Positions 8,738-19,108 of a stretch of DNA of 64,000 bases are shown here, piece after piece. Origin of the DNA: Dehalococcoidia bacterium (GTDB lineage Bacteria > Chloroflexota > Dehalococcoidia > Lucifugimonadales > Australimonadaceae); NCBI GenBank assembly GCA_965249185.1, contig CBDFLS010000002.1:461594-525593 (forward strand), read 5' to 3'. A program made the position numbers and the translations under genes. How positions within the stretch are numbered: position 1 is the first letter of the stretch; each line of letters begins with the position of its first letter. Under the pieces are notes generated by a model. It was given only the letters and a program-made list of their open reading frames with translations. It was not told where the DNA came from and made no database searches.

Positions 8738-9680
8738 CCGGCGGCCAAGCGCTCATCCCGTTGGCGCCTTCTCTCAGCAGCGGCGGTATGAGCGGCGTTG
8801 GTAGGCACGGCTTCACCAGCTCCTTCGCCATCTTCCGGTCCCGCCCGGGGTCCGACTAGCCGGCGGCCAAGCGCTCAGCCCGTTGGCGCCTTCTCTCAGC
8901 AGCGGCGGCATGAGCGGCGTTGGTAGGCACGGCTTCACCAGCTCCTTCGCCATCTTCCGGTCCCGCCCGGGGTCCGGTTAGCCGGCGGCCAAGCGCTCAG
9001 CGCCGCTCATCCCGTTGGCGCCTTCTCTCAGCAGCGGCGGCATGAGCGGCGTTGGTAGGCACGGCTTCACCAGCTCCTTCGCCATCTTCCGGTCCCGCCC
9101 GGGGTCCGGCTAGCCGGCGGCCAAGCGCTCAGCGCCGCTCATCCCGTTGGCGCCTTCTCTCAGCAGCGGCGGCATGAGCGGCGTTGGTAGGCACGGCTTC
9201 ACCAGCTCCTTCGCCATCTTCCGGTCCCGCCCGGGGTCCGGCTAGCCGGCGGCCAAGCGCTCACCCCATTGGCGCCTTCTCTCAGCAGCGGCGGCATGAG
9301 CGCCGCCGGTAGGCACGGCTTCACCAGCTCCTTCGCCATCTTCCGGTCCCGCCCGGGGTCCGGCTAGCCGGCGGCCAAGCGCTCACCCCATTGGCGCCTT
9401 CTCTCAGCAGCGGCGGCATGAGCGCCGCCGGTAGGCACGGCTTCACCAGCTCCTTCGCCATCTTCCGGTCCCGCCCGGGGTCCGGCTAGCCGGCGGCCAA
9501 GCGCTCACCCCATTGGCGCCTTCTCTCAGCAGCGGCGGCATGAGCGCCGCCGGTAGGCACGGCTTCACCAGCTCCTTCGCCATCTTCCGGTCCCGCCCGG
9601 GGTCCGGCTAGCCGGCAGCCAAGCGCTCATCCCGTTGGCGCCTTCTCTCAGCAGCGGCGGCATGAGCGGCGTTGGCAGGC
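8684..9680 (+). repeat. Tandem array, 8 units of 122/132 nt, beginning inside the 3' end of the FIST gene
   Basis: Unit starts (CACGGCTTCACCAGC..) at 8684, 8806, 8928, 9060, 9192, 9314, 9436 and 9558. Two units carry a 10-nt insertion. The three units spanning 9192-9557 are identical. Confidence 0.95.
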
Positions 9681-9725
9681 CGGCAAACTCGTCCCGCCGC
9701 CCCTGGAGCACAAGGTTCGCGCCGC

Positions 9726-10097
9726 CTAGGGCTTCGCTTTCTTGACCCTGGCTTTGGGGGTGGACAGCTCGGCCTCAAAGCCATCGTACAGCTTCAGGCC
9801 CTTCTTGGTGGGGAGGTAAGCGTACATGGCGTGATGGCCCGGGTCGGTGTGCTCTATGAGCCCGCCCGCCACCAGCGCCCGGAGGGCCACCTCGCCCAGG
9901 TAAGGAGCCAGAGAGAGGGCGTGGTCGGCCACGGGACCGCCCGTCCGCCGGTGGAGGGCGCACATCTGCCGAAGCAGGTCCACGGGGTAGCGCCGCACCT
10001 CGTTCATGAGCTCCCGGACCGGCTCCAGGTCGCCCACCAGCTTCTCCAGATTGGCACGAGTGCTCGATGGCTGTTTTGCTCTACGGTTTGTGGTCAT
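9726..10097 (-). CDS. Hypothetical small protein, possibly winged-helix DNA binding
   Basis: 123-aa ORF. Its start overlaps the pyrD stop by 4 nt. LAPYLGEVALRALVAGGLIEH resembles a wHTH recognition region. Lys-rich tail. Confidence 0.5.
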   Translation of the reverse strand: MTTNRRAKQPSSTRANLEKLVGDLEPVRELMNEVRRYPVDLLRQMCALHRRTGGPVADHALSLAPYLGEVALRALVAGGLIEHTDPGHHAMYAYLPTKKGLKLYDGFEAELSTPKARVKKAKP

Positions 10098-11185
10098 CGT
10101 CTGGTGGTTGCCTCCTTGGTCTGTGGGTCTGGCGACGCCTCTTGGCGCAAGCGTTCGGCCAGCCCGCGGGATATCGTCCGGGCCACGGCGGGTCCCTCGT
10201 AGACCAGGGCCGTGTAGAGCTGCACCGTGTCAGCCCCCGCCTGCAGGGCCTGCCACGCGTCCTCGGCGGTGAAGATGCCTCCACAGGCGTTGACCGCCGC
10301 CTGTCCGCCCACCTCGCGCCGGACCTCCGCAACCGCCCGCAGCATGTGCGGGAAGATGGCGCGGCCGCTGAGCCCACCCCTGCCCACGGCGAGCCGGGGC
10401 TCCTCCACGGGCAGCGTGTTGATGGCGGTGAACCCGGACACCCCGCAGCTCACGCCGGTGCGGACCAACGCCATCACCCGCTCCCGTCCCTGGTCATCGG
10501 TGTACGGCGGCAGCTTGAGGAACACCGGCTTCCGGCGATGGGAGTTGAGGCGTTCCAGCAGGCGCCGCAGGCGCTCCGGCTCCTGGAACACCCGGACCCC
10601 CTGGGTGTTGGGGGAACTGATGTTCAGCTCCACCGCCTCCGCCAGCGGCTCCAGGGTCCGCTGGCACGCATCGAACCCCTCATCGTCCAAAGCCGAGATG
10701 CTGACGAAGACCGGGGCGGGCCGGTCGCGCAGCCGGCCCAGGCGGGCCGCCACCGCCGCGAGGCCGTGGCTGGGAAACCCCATACTATTCACCAGGGACA
10801 GGCGGTCCGGGTAGCGCAGCAGCCGCGGACGGGGGTTTCCCGGCTGGGGCTCCGGCACCACGGTCCCGCCGACCACGTAGCCGAAGCCCAGGTGCCCAAG
10901 GCTCGACACGTGCCGGCATTGCTTATCGTAGCCGGCGGCGAGCCCCACGGGGTTGTCCAGCACGATGCCGGCCACCGTGCGGGAGAGGGCGGGCTCGCGC
11001 ACCCGCATCTGTGGTCCCAAGATGCGCCACACGGGACGCGCTCCCAGGGCCGCCTCGGCGAGCCCCTGCGCCCGCTCCGGGGACATTCGGAACAGCCACG
11101 GCCGGATAAACCAGCGATACCAGGAGAAGGTCAATGTTCGCCCCCATGGGTGGGTGGCCCGCTCAACCCTCCACCGCGTCGACAC
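10094..11185 (-). CDS. pyrD: Dihydroorotate dehydrogenase (quinone), class 2
   Basis: DNPVGLAAGYDK, GFGYVVGGTVVPEPQPGNPRPRL, VNSMGFPSHG, LNISSPNT, VFLKLPP, GFTAINT, GGLSGRAI, ACGGIFTAEDA..AGADTVQLYTALVYEGP. Confidence 0.9.
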   Translation of the reverse strand: MSTRWRVERATHPWGRTLTFSWYRWFIRPWLFRMSPERAQGLAEAALGARPVWRILGPQMRVREPALSRTVAGIVLDNPVGLAAGYDKQCRHVSSLGHLGFGYVVGGTVVPEPQPGNPRPRLLRYPDRLSLVNSMGFPSHGLAAVAARLGRLRDRPAPVFVSISALDDEGFDACQRTLEPLAEAVELNISSPNTQGVRVFQEPERLRRLLERLNSHRRKPVFLKLPPYTDDQGRERVMALVRTGVSCGVSGFTAINTLPVEEPRLAVGRGGLSGRAIFPHMLRAVAEVRREVGGQAAVNACGGIFTAEDAWQALQAGADTVQLYTALVYEGPAVARTISRGLAERLRQEASPDPQTKEATTRR

Positions 11186-12020
11186 GGTAGCGCCGGAGCC
11201 CTTTGGGCGCCATCACGTCCACTTCGTCTCCCGGCGCGCTGCCGATGATCGCCTGGCCCACGGGTGATGCCACCGAGAGCTTGCCGGTGAGGGGATCGGC
11301 CTCCGAGGAGTCCACCAGGGTATAGGAGACCTCTATTCCTGACGAGAGGTCCTGGAGCTTCACGTGGGACCCCACGCGGGCCTTGCCGGTGGGGCCGACG
11401 CCGGGATCTATGACCACGGCGTGCCGCAGCATCGCTTCGATCTCACGGACCCGGCCCTCCATTTTCCCCTGCTCCTCTCTGGCGGCGTCCAGGGGCGCGT
11501 TCTCCCGGAAGTCCTTGTCCGCGGCGGCAGTTCGGAGCTTCTCGGCTATCACCACCCGATGGCCCTTGAGCGATTGTAGCTCCCGCCGCAGCGCCTCGTA
11601 GGTGGCGGCGGTGATGGTGGCGCCCTCCACGTTTGGCCCGCCCTCCACGGCCGGCCCCTGGCGAAGCTTGGGTATCTTGATATGGGGCGCCAGGCGCTGG
11701 GAAAGCACGCCGCGCTTGTTCAGGAAAGTGAGGAACTCTTTGACCTGGGTCAGCCGGGAGTGGACGTCTCCACCGGCGGACACCACCTCCTCGGCGTACT
11801 GGGCCACCTCGGGCGGACGCAGCGTCTCCACCCGGCGTTCCAGGCCCGCCCAGCGGGCGAAACGATGGATATCCTCAAACGCCTGGGCGCCGGAGGCTTG
11901 ACTGGCGAGATATTGGTTTAGGGCTTCGGAGAGTGTCAACGGAACCTTGTCTTCACCAGCTTGGCGATGGGGAAGACGAATCGGTTCCCCGATTGTATGG
12001 GCACCTCCTGGGACTGTCAA
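11163..12020 (-). CDS. GreA/GreB-family transcript cleavage factor with ~130-aa N-terminal extension
   Basis: C-terminal 155 aa are GreA-like: coiled coil with DKDFRENAPLDAAREEQ (acidic tip) and VGSHVKL..YTLV..EADPLTGKLSVASPVGQAIIG. The N-terminal part has no Gre counterpart. Confidence 0.75.
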   Translation of the reverse strand: MTVPGGAHTIGEPIRLPHRQAGEDKVPLTLSEALNQYLASQASGAQAFEDIHRFARWAGLERRVETLRPPEVAQYAEEVVSAGGDVHSRLTQVKEFLTFLNKRGVLSQRLAPHIKIPKLRQGPAVEGGPNVEGATITAATYEALRRELQSLKGHRVVIAEKLRTAAADKDFRENAPLDAAREEQGKMEGRVREIEAMLRHAVVIDPGVGPTGKARVGSHVKLQDLSSGIEVSYTLVDSSEADPLTGKLSVASPVGQAIIGSAPGDEVDVMAPKGLRRYRVDAVEG

Positions 12021-12166
12021 CGAATCTAATCAGGGGAAGGACCTGCCAATCAGGGGAAAGACTTGAATATGGAGAGGACCCGCGCTTGCCGAGCTTTGCT
12101 TTTTCCTATTGCGTAAACTATGATGAATGAGGTGCCCCCTTAAGGGGCACTCTTGCACAGAGCACT

Positions 12167-14017
<1,851 letters not shown>

Positions 14018-14044
14018 CCTGGAAACACCGCGCTCAATGCGAAA

Positions 14045-14077
14045 GGCCCTCCGGTTGGACCGGAGGGCCTTTTGTTT
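14045..14077. terminator. Bidirectional intrinsic terminator between ftsH and the convergent small ORF
   Basis: GGCCCTCCGGT-TGG-ACCGGAGGGCC followed by TTTTGTTT. AAA precedes the stem, giving a U-run on the other strand. Confidence 0.75.
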
Positions 14078-14103
14078 GTCGCTTCTTGCGTCGCCGCTTT
14101 CCG

Positions 14104-14364
14104 CTACGCCTCCTCTTCGGCCTCCTCCAGCGGGCGCTCCCGGTAGTAGACGCCCCACTTCTGCATAAGCTCCTCCACCCGCGGGTCCCGGAGCTGCGTC
14201 AGCTCCTTCAGCAGTCCCGCCAGGGCGTGGGCGTGGACCAGCTCCGGGGTGCAGACCCAGCTTGACTCCGCGGGCACCACGTAGAGAAGGCCGCTCTGGT
14301 GCTTGCACTGCACCTCCACGCGGCTGCCGCCGGTGTCCTGCTTTACGGTGATGCCATAGGCCAT
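14104..14364 (-). CDS. Hypothetical small protein (86 aa)
   Basis: ORF with coding-like composition and an acidic tail EEAEEEA. No family recognised. Confidence 0.45.
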   Translation of the reverse strand: MAYGITVKQDTGGSRVEVQCKHQSGLLYVVPAESSWVCTPELVHAHALAGLLKELTQLRDPRVEELMQKWGVYYRERPLEEAEEEA

Positions 14365-14536
14365 GGGTATCGCCTCCGCTCTTGGTTCCCGGCCATGCTA
14401 CCAGGGGCGTCCGCTCCGGTCTACGCGACAGCATAAATTCCACGGTGCTCCGACCACCACAGACACCCCAGCGCACCTCGCTTGCGTTTGCCGACATCAG
14501 CCGCTGCAAGACCCCGCGCGTGGGTCCCCCGATGGG

Positions 14537-14623
14537 ATCGGTCCGGCCCGACCGTCCCGGCGGCGGGACTCCCCGGCCCGACCGGGGCGGGCCGTCGGAA
14601 CGGAGGACTCCGGCGGACGGAGG
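14537..14623 (+). repeat. Dispersed GC-rich intergenic repeat, copy 1
   Basis: ATCGGTCCGGCCCGACCGTCCCGGCGGCGGGACTCCCCGGCCCGACCGG...GGACTCCGGCGGACGGAGG recurs at 19858-19923 in the same orientation. Copy 1 has a 19-nt insertion. Both are preceded by the hairpin CCGAT-NNN-ATCGG. Confidence 0.85.
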
Positions 14624-14661
14624 GCCAGCACGCCGAGCCCTGGTGCTATACTGGTCGAGCT

Positions 14662-15708
14662 ATGAAAAGCGGTAAGCAGATCAGGCTGACGAGCCTGGCG
14701 GCCTGCGCGGGTTGAGCCGCCAAGTTCAGTCTTGAGGACCTCGGCGAGGCCCTGAGCCAACTACCCGTCGTGCAGGACCCGAACCTGCTGGTGGGCATCC
14801 ACACGGGCGACGACGCCGCCGTCTACCGGGTGCACGACGACCTGTGCCTGGTACAGACGGTGGACTTCTTCCCACCCATCGTGGACGACCCTTACGATTT
14901 TGGGGCCATCGCCGTGGCCAACGCCGTCAGCGACATCTACGCCATGGGGGCCACGCCGGTACTGGGGCTGAACCTGGTCTGCTTCCCCGAGGGGCTGGAC
15001 ATGGGTGTGCTCAAGGAGATACTGCGCGGCGGGGCGGAGAAGGCCCAGGAGGCTGGCGTGGTGATAGGTGGTGGCCACACCATCATGGACCGGGAGCCCA
15101 AGTACGGCATGGCGGTGACGGGGCTGGTCCACGAGCACGCCATCGTCACCAACGCGGGGGCCCGTCCGGGAGATGCGCTGGTGCTGACCAAGGCGCTGGG
15201 GACAGGGGTGCTCACCACCGCCGGAAAGAACGATCGGCTTGGGCCGGCGGCGCTGGAGACGGCGATAGCGCAGATGAAGGAGCTGAATCGAGGGGCCTGT
15301 GAGGCCATGGTGCGGGTGGGCGTGAACGGGTGCACCGACGTATCGGGGTTTGGGCTGGTGGGGCACCTGCGCGGGATGATGGACGCGAGCGGCGCGACGG
15401 CGCGGGTGAGGGTGTCGGCGGTGCCCGTGCTGGCGGGGACCATGGAGCTGCTCGCGGAGGGGGTGGCGCCGGGCGGCACGCTCCGCAACCTGGAGGCGCT
15501 GCGGGAGTTGACTCGGTGGCACCCGGAGCTGACGGAGGTGGAGCGGCTGCTGGTGTGCGACGCGCAGACCTCCGGAGGACTGCTCATCTCGGTGGCCGAG
15601 GAGAAGGTGGAGCGGCTGCTGGGCGAGCTGGCGTCCCGGGACGTTGCGGGGAGCGTCATCGGCTCCGTGCTGGCCCGGGACGAGACTGCCGTCGAGGTGG
15701 CGCCCTAG
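14662..15708 (+). CDS. selD: Selenide, water dikinase (selenophosphate synthetase) with in-frame UGA selenocysteine codon at 14713-14715
   Basis: ATG 14662 gives MKSGKQIRLTSLAACAG-U-AAKFSLEDL..NLLVGIHTGDDAAVY, in frame with ORF 14770..15708. The TGA sits exactly where SelD proteins carry the catalytic Cys/Sec. The rest is an AIR-synthase-like fold (GGHTI, GCTDVSGFGL). Confidence 0.85.
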
Positions 15709-15896
15709 AGGGCGTCGCGAGTCGTGGGCCCGCGGGCACCCGCGCTCATCGGCGCTCTGCTGCCCAAATACGATACGGCCAGGCGCCATGCATCGATATC
15801 CGCGTCCTTGCCCGTAATGGGGTTACCGACACGGGCCGCAGCGTAGCCGGCCCAGAGAGGACGGTCGAAGCCGCCTCGCCGTCCGGGGAGTGCGCC

Positions 15897-16295
15897 GTGG
15901 AGCTGCCGCAAGAGTACGCCGACGCCATGGTGCGGCACGCGTTGGAGGAGGACCCCAACGAGTGCTGCGGCATTCTGTCCGGCCAGGGCGGCCGGGTGAT
16001 GGCGCACTACCGCATCACGAACTCGGAGGCGAGCCCCTACCGGTACAACATGGCTCCCCAGGAGCTCCTGCGGGCGCTTCAGGACACCGAACGCCACGAC
16101 TGGGAGTTCATCGCCTTCTATCACTCGCACACCCACTCGGCGGCGTATCCCTCCACCACCGACGTGCGCCTGGCCGAGAACTGGCCCGACCCGTTCTACA
16201 TCCTGGTCTCCCTGGCCGATAAGCAGCATCCGGTGGTCCGCGCCTTCCGCATCGCGGAGGGTCAGGTGTCCGAGGAACCGCTCACCGTGAGCTAA
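15897..16295 (+). CDS. JAMM/MPN+ metalloprotease (Mec+/Mov34 family)
   Basis: GTG 15897 (GGGGAG upstream). NECCGIL and the JAMM motif HSHTHSAAYPSTTD (HxHx7SxxD). Confidence 0.85.
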   Translation: MELPQEYADAMVRHALEEDPNECCGILSGQGGRVMAHYRITNSEASPYRYNMAPQELLRALQDTERHDWEFIAFYHSHTHSAAYPSTTDVRLAENWPDPFYILVSLADKQHPVVRAFRIAEGQVSEEPLTVS

Positions 16296-16611
16296 CGGGC
16301 CCCGCCCCGCCGGACTCCCCCCAGACGTAACATTCCTGTAGCTCATCCGCAATACCTCCTCTCTAAGCTGTGGCGAACATCAGCGGGAGGAGTAACCCAT
16401 GCCATTTCAGGTCGGCAGACGCGCTGGCGGCGCTCTTCACCATGTGGGTGGTCCTCCCCAGCAAGCTTCGCGCCAACCGCCGCGACTCCGGCCCGAGCGC
16501 GGAGCCCGAGGCAGATCGGCTCGGACGCCTGATAGCGGCCGCTATCGTCATCAGCAGGCCCTCTGGCCTTTCAGCGCGCGCCTGAGCCGTCCCGCTTCCC
16601 AAAGCTCGTCC

Positions 16612-16634
16612 AAAGGCCCCGCTCGGGGCCTTTT
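16612..16634 (+). terminator. Intrinsic terminator
   Basis: AAAGGCCCC-GCTC-GGGGCCTTTT. Implies a plus-strand transcript ending here, downstream of the JAMM gene and an ambiguous small ORF. Confidence 0.55.
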
Positions 16635-16748
16635 GGGCGTTCCGGCCTCTCCGCGCCCGCGCTCTTGGCCTGCGCCCCTCCCATACCCTGACGCCCAGCC
16701 GGGGCCGTCGTTATACCCAATGAACTCACATGATGGAGGAGGACCCCG

Positions 16749-17873
16749 ATGACGCTTCGAAAGTGGATTCTGGCGCTTGCTCTGGTGGGGCTGATGACCG
16801 CGGCTGGCTGCGCGGGTGCGGCCGTGGCGGCGCCCGGTGCCCAGGAGGACTCCAACGGTGACCCGGCTGATGAGGGGCCTCAGGCCCCTCAGGCCAATGA
16901 CGGGCTAGAGGGGGACGTGGACGTGGATGTCGCGGAAGAGGGCGTGCGTCCCTTCCTTGGACTCGCAGTCGCGCCGCTGGGCGAGCAGGCCCGGGAGAGG
17001 CTGGGGGTCCCGGAGGGGACGAGCGGCCTGCGGGTGGTCGCGGTGCTGCCCGATGGCCCGGCCAGGGAGGCCGGCGTTGAGCGCAACGACGTGCTGACAG
17101 CGGTAAATGGCGAGGCGGTGGAGGACCCGAAGGCGCTTCGTGAGCTGGTGGCCGCGCTGGAGCCGGGGGCCGTCGTGACGCTCGCCATCATTCGTGGGGG
17201 CGAGCCCCAGGACATATCGATCACGGTGGGCGAGGCGCCCGAGCAACTGAAGCGCCGGGGCCTTGCCGATGCTGGGCGGCCGGTGCTCCCCGGGCTCTCC
17301 GGGCTGCTGGGACTCGTCAGGGGCCAGCACAAGCTGGTGGACGGCCAGTTCAGGGTCATGGACGGCGAGGGTGAGATCGTGACGTTCAACGTCGCGACGG
17401 GCTCCGGTGGCTTGGTCGGCGAGGACTCGCTGGAGCTGGAGAAGGCGACGGGTGAAACGGTGACGTTCACCCTGGGAGAGGGGGTGGTGGTGCTCAAGGG
17501 CGGCCGCCGGGTGGAGCTGGACGCTCTGGAGCCGGACGATAAGCTGATCGTGCTCGAACGGAATGGTGAGGTGAGGGCGGTGGTGGTGGAGCCGATCAAG
17601 CGGCACGACGGCCGGCGCCAGCCATCCGGGGTGCGTGGCCAGCTCAGGGGACCGCGCGTTCCGCCCGAAGACTTCGGGCGGGCGGGCAATCTCCAGGAGC
17701 GCTTCGAGCGGCTTCGGCGGGAGCTGGGGCCCGGCGCTGACGCCGATGGGGCCGATGAACGGCTGGAGCGCTTGCGACGCCGCTTCCAGGAGCTTGACGA
17801 GCGAATTCAGGAGCGGCTGAATCAGCAAGAAGTGGAGGAGCCGGAGACGGCGCTGCAGGGCCAACTCCTATAA
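16749..17873 (+). CDS. Secreted lipoprotein with PDZ domain and coiled-coil/charged C-terminus
   Basis: Signal peptide + lipobox LMTAAGC. PDZ-like LRVVAVLPDGPAREAGVERNDVLTAVNGEAVEDPKAL..VVTLAIIRGG. Arg/Glu-rich helical tail. Confidence 0.75.
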   Translation: MTLRKWILALALVGLMTAAGCAGAAVAAPGAQEDSNGDPADEGPQAPQANDGLEGDVDVDVAEEGVRPFLGLAVAPLGEQARERLGVPEGTSGLRVVAVLPDGPAREAGVERNDVLTAVNGEAVEDPKALRELVAALEPGAVVTLAIIRGGEPQDISITVGEAPEQLKRRGLADAGRPVLPGLSGLLGLVRGQHKLVDGQFRVMDGEGEIVTFNVATGSGGLVGEDSLELEKATGETVTFTLGEGVVVLKGGRRVELDALEPDDKLIVLERNGEVRAVVVEPIKRHDGRRQPSGVRGQLRGPRVPPEDFGRAGNLQERFERLRRELGPGADADGADERLERLRRRFQELDERIQERLNQQEVEEPETALQGQLL

Positions 17874-17898
17874 CCCCCCAGGCACCTTGCCTAACACC

Positions 17899-17951
17899 AA
17901 AGTTCTTTGCGGAGGGTGTGGGAACCACTTTTTTCCAAGAAAGGGGTTCCC
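17899..17951 (+). repeat. Terminator-region repeat, copy 1 (19-nt conserved box + hairpin)
   Basis: AAGTTCTTTGCGGAGGGTG (17900-17918) is identical to 33142-33160. It is followed by hairpin GGGAACC..GGTTCCC. Both copies lie between convergent genes. Confidence 0.7.
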
Positions 17952-17977
17952 ATGACACCCCGATCTTGAGATGGGCT

Positions 17978-19087
17978 CTAGGCCTTGGCCACGCGCTGGC
18001 AGATGGCGTCGGTCATCTGCTGTGTGGTGAGCGCGGTGGCTCCGCCCGCCGCGATGTCGGCGGTGCGCAGTCCGGCGGCCAGCGCCTGCTCCACGGCCCG
18101 GTTCACCGCGGCGGCTTCCTGGGTGAGGTCGAAGGAGTGCTGGAGCATGAGCGCCGCGCTGAGGATGGCGCCGATGGGATTGGCCACGCCCCGGCCCGCG
18201 ATGTCCGGCGCCGAGCCGTGGACCGGCTCGTAGAGGCCTCGTACCTTGCGCCGGCGTCCTCCCGAAGCCGCCCGCGGCAGACCGGCCAGGCTGGCCGACG
18301 GGAGCATGCCCAGAGAGGCGGTGAGGACGGCGGCTTCGTCCGATAGGATGTCGCCGAACATGTTCTCCATGACCAGCACGTCGAACCGGGTTGGCGTGGC
18401 GATGAGCTGCATGGCGCAGGAGTCCACCAGTGCGTGCTCCATCTCCACGTCGGGGTACTCTCCGGCCACTTCGGTGGCCACCTCCCGCCAGAGCCGTCCA
18501 GTCTCGAGCACGTTGGCTTTGTCCACGGAGGTGAGCTTCCCGCGGCGGCTCCGGGCCAGCTCGAACCCAACACGCAGGATGCGGGCCATCTCCCGCTCGT
18601 TGTAGCGGAGCGTGTCCACGCCGTGGCGTCCCTGGGCGGTGGTCCAGCGGCGCTTGGGCCGTGCGAAATAGAGCCCGCCCGTGAGCTCGCGCACGATGAC
18701 GATGTCGGCGCCGGCCACGCGGTCGTCCTTGAGAGGGCTCGAAGCCTCCAGCCCAGGGAACACCCGCACCGGCCGCAGATTGGCGAAGAGCCCCAGGGCC
18801 TTGCGCAGCCCCAGGATGGCCGCTTCCGGCCTCACCGGGGCGTTGTCCCAGCGGGGGCCGCCCACGGCGCCGAACAGCACCGCGTCGCTGCGCCGGGCGG
18901 CTAGCGTCGTCTCGTGGCGCAGCGGCCCGCCGTAGGCGTCGATGGCCGAGCCGCCCACCAGGTCCTGCTCGTAGTGGAAGGTGTGCTTCCAGGTCGAGGC
19001 CACAACGCCCAGCACCCGCCGCGCCGCCGCCGTCACCTCCGGCCCCACGCCGTCGCCCGGAAGCACCAGTATCTGAAAAGTAGCCAA
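17978..19087 (-). CDS. leuB: 3-isopropylmalate dehydrogenase
   Basis: ILVLPGDGVGPEV, LFGAVGGPRWD, LRPV, IVRELTGGLYF, DKANVL, MQLI..P..FDVLVMENMFGDILSDEAA, GSAPDIAG. Confidence 0.95.
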   Translation of the reverse strand: MATFQILVLPGDGVGPEVTAAARRVLGVVASTWKHTFHYEQDLVGGSAIDAYGGPLRHETTLAARRSDAVLFGAVGGPRWDNAPVRPEAAILGLRKALGLFANLRPVRVFPGLEASSPLKDDRVAGADIVIVRELTGGLYFARPKRRWTTAQGRHGVDTLRYNEREMARILRVGFELARSRRGKLTSVDKANVLETGRLWREVATEVAGEYPDVEMEHALVDSCAMQLIATPTRFDVLVMENMFGDILSDEAAVLTASLGMLPSASLAGLPRAASGGRRRKVRGLYEPVHGSAPDIAGRGVANPIGAILSAALMLQHSFDLTQEAAAVNRAVEQALAAGLRTADIAAGGATALTTQQMTDAICQRVAKA

Positions 19088-19108
19088 AGCGCTCCTTCTC
19101 CGGGCGGC

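Noticed and set aside
8684-9680. Possible CRISPR array
   Set aside because: The whole 122/132-nt unit repeats with no unique spacers between short repeats. No cas genes are in the window, and the first unit is part of a protein-coding 3' end.
12096-12150. ftsH promoter (TTGCTT-17-TATGAT) and 5'-UTR hairpin GTGCCCC-CTTAA-GGGGCAC
   Set aside because: The hexamers are only moderate matches. The hairpin is real in sequence, but I have no way to tie it to a function, so it is not listed as a feature.
16363-16752. Small ORFs between the JAMM gene and the PDZ lipoprotein gene (16370..16585+, 16399..16752+, 16363..16602-)
   Set aside because: The three mutually exclusive frames all have high GC3. 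The 117-aa frame behind the strong GGGAGGAG SD is Arg/Pro-rich and runs through the terminator at 16612-16634. The 71-aa plus-strand frame fits the terminator but has no SD. None ends in GG (carrier protein) or matches a family I know, so no call is made.
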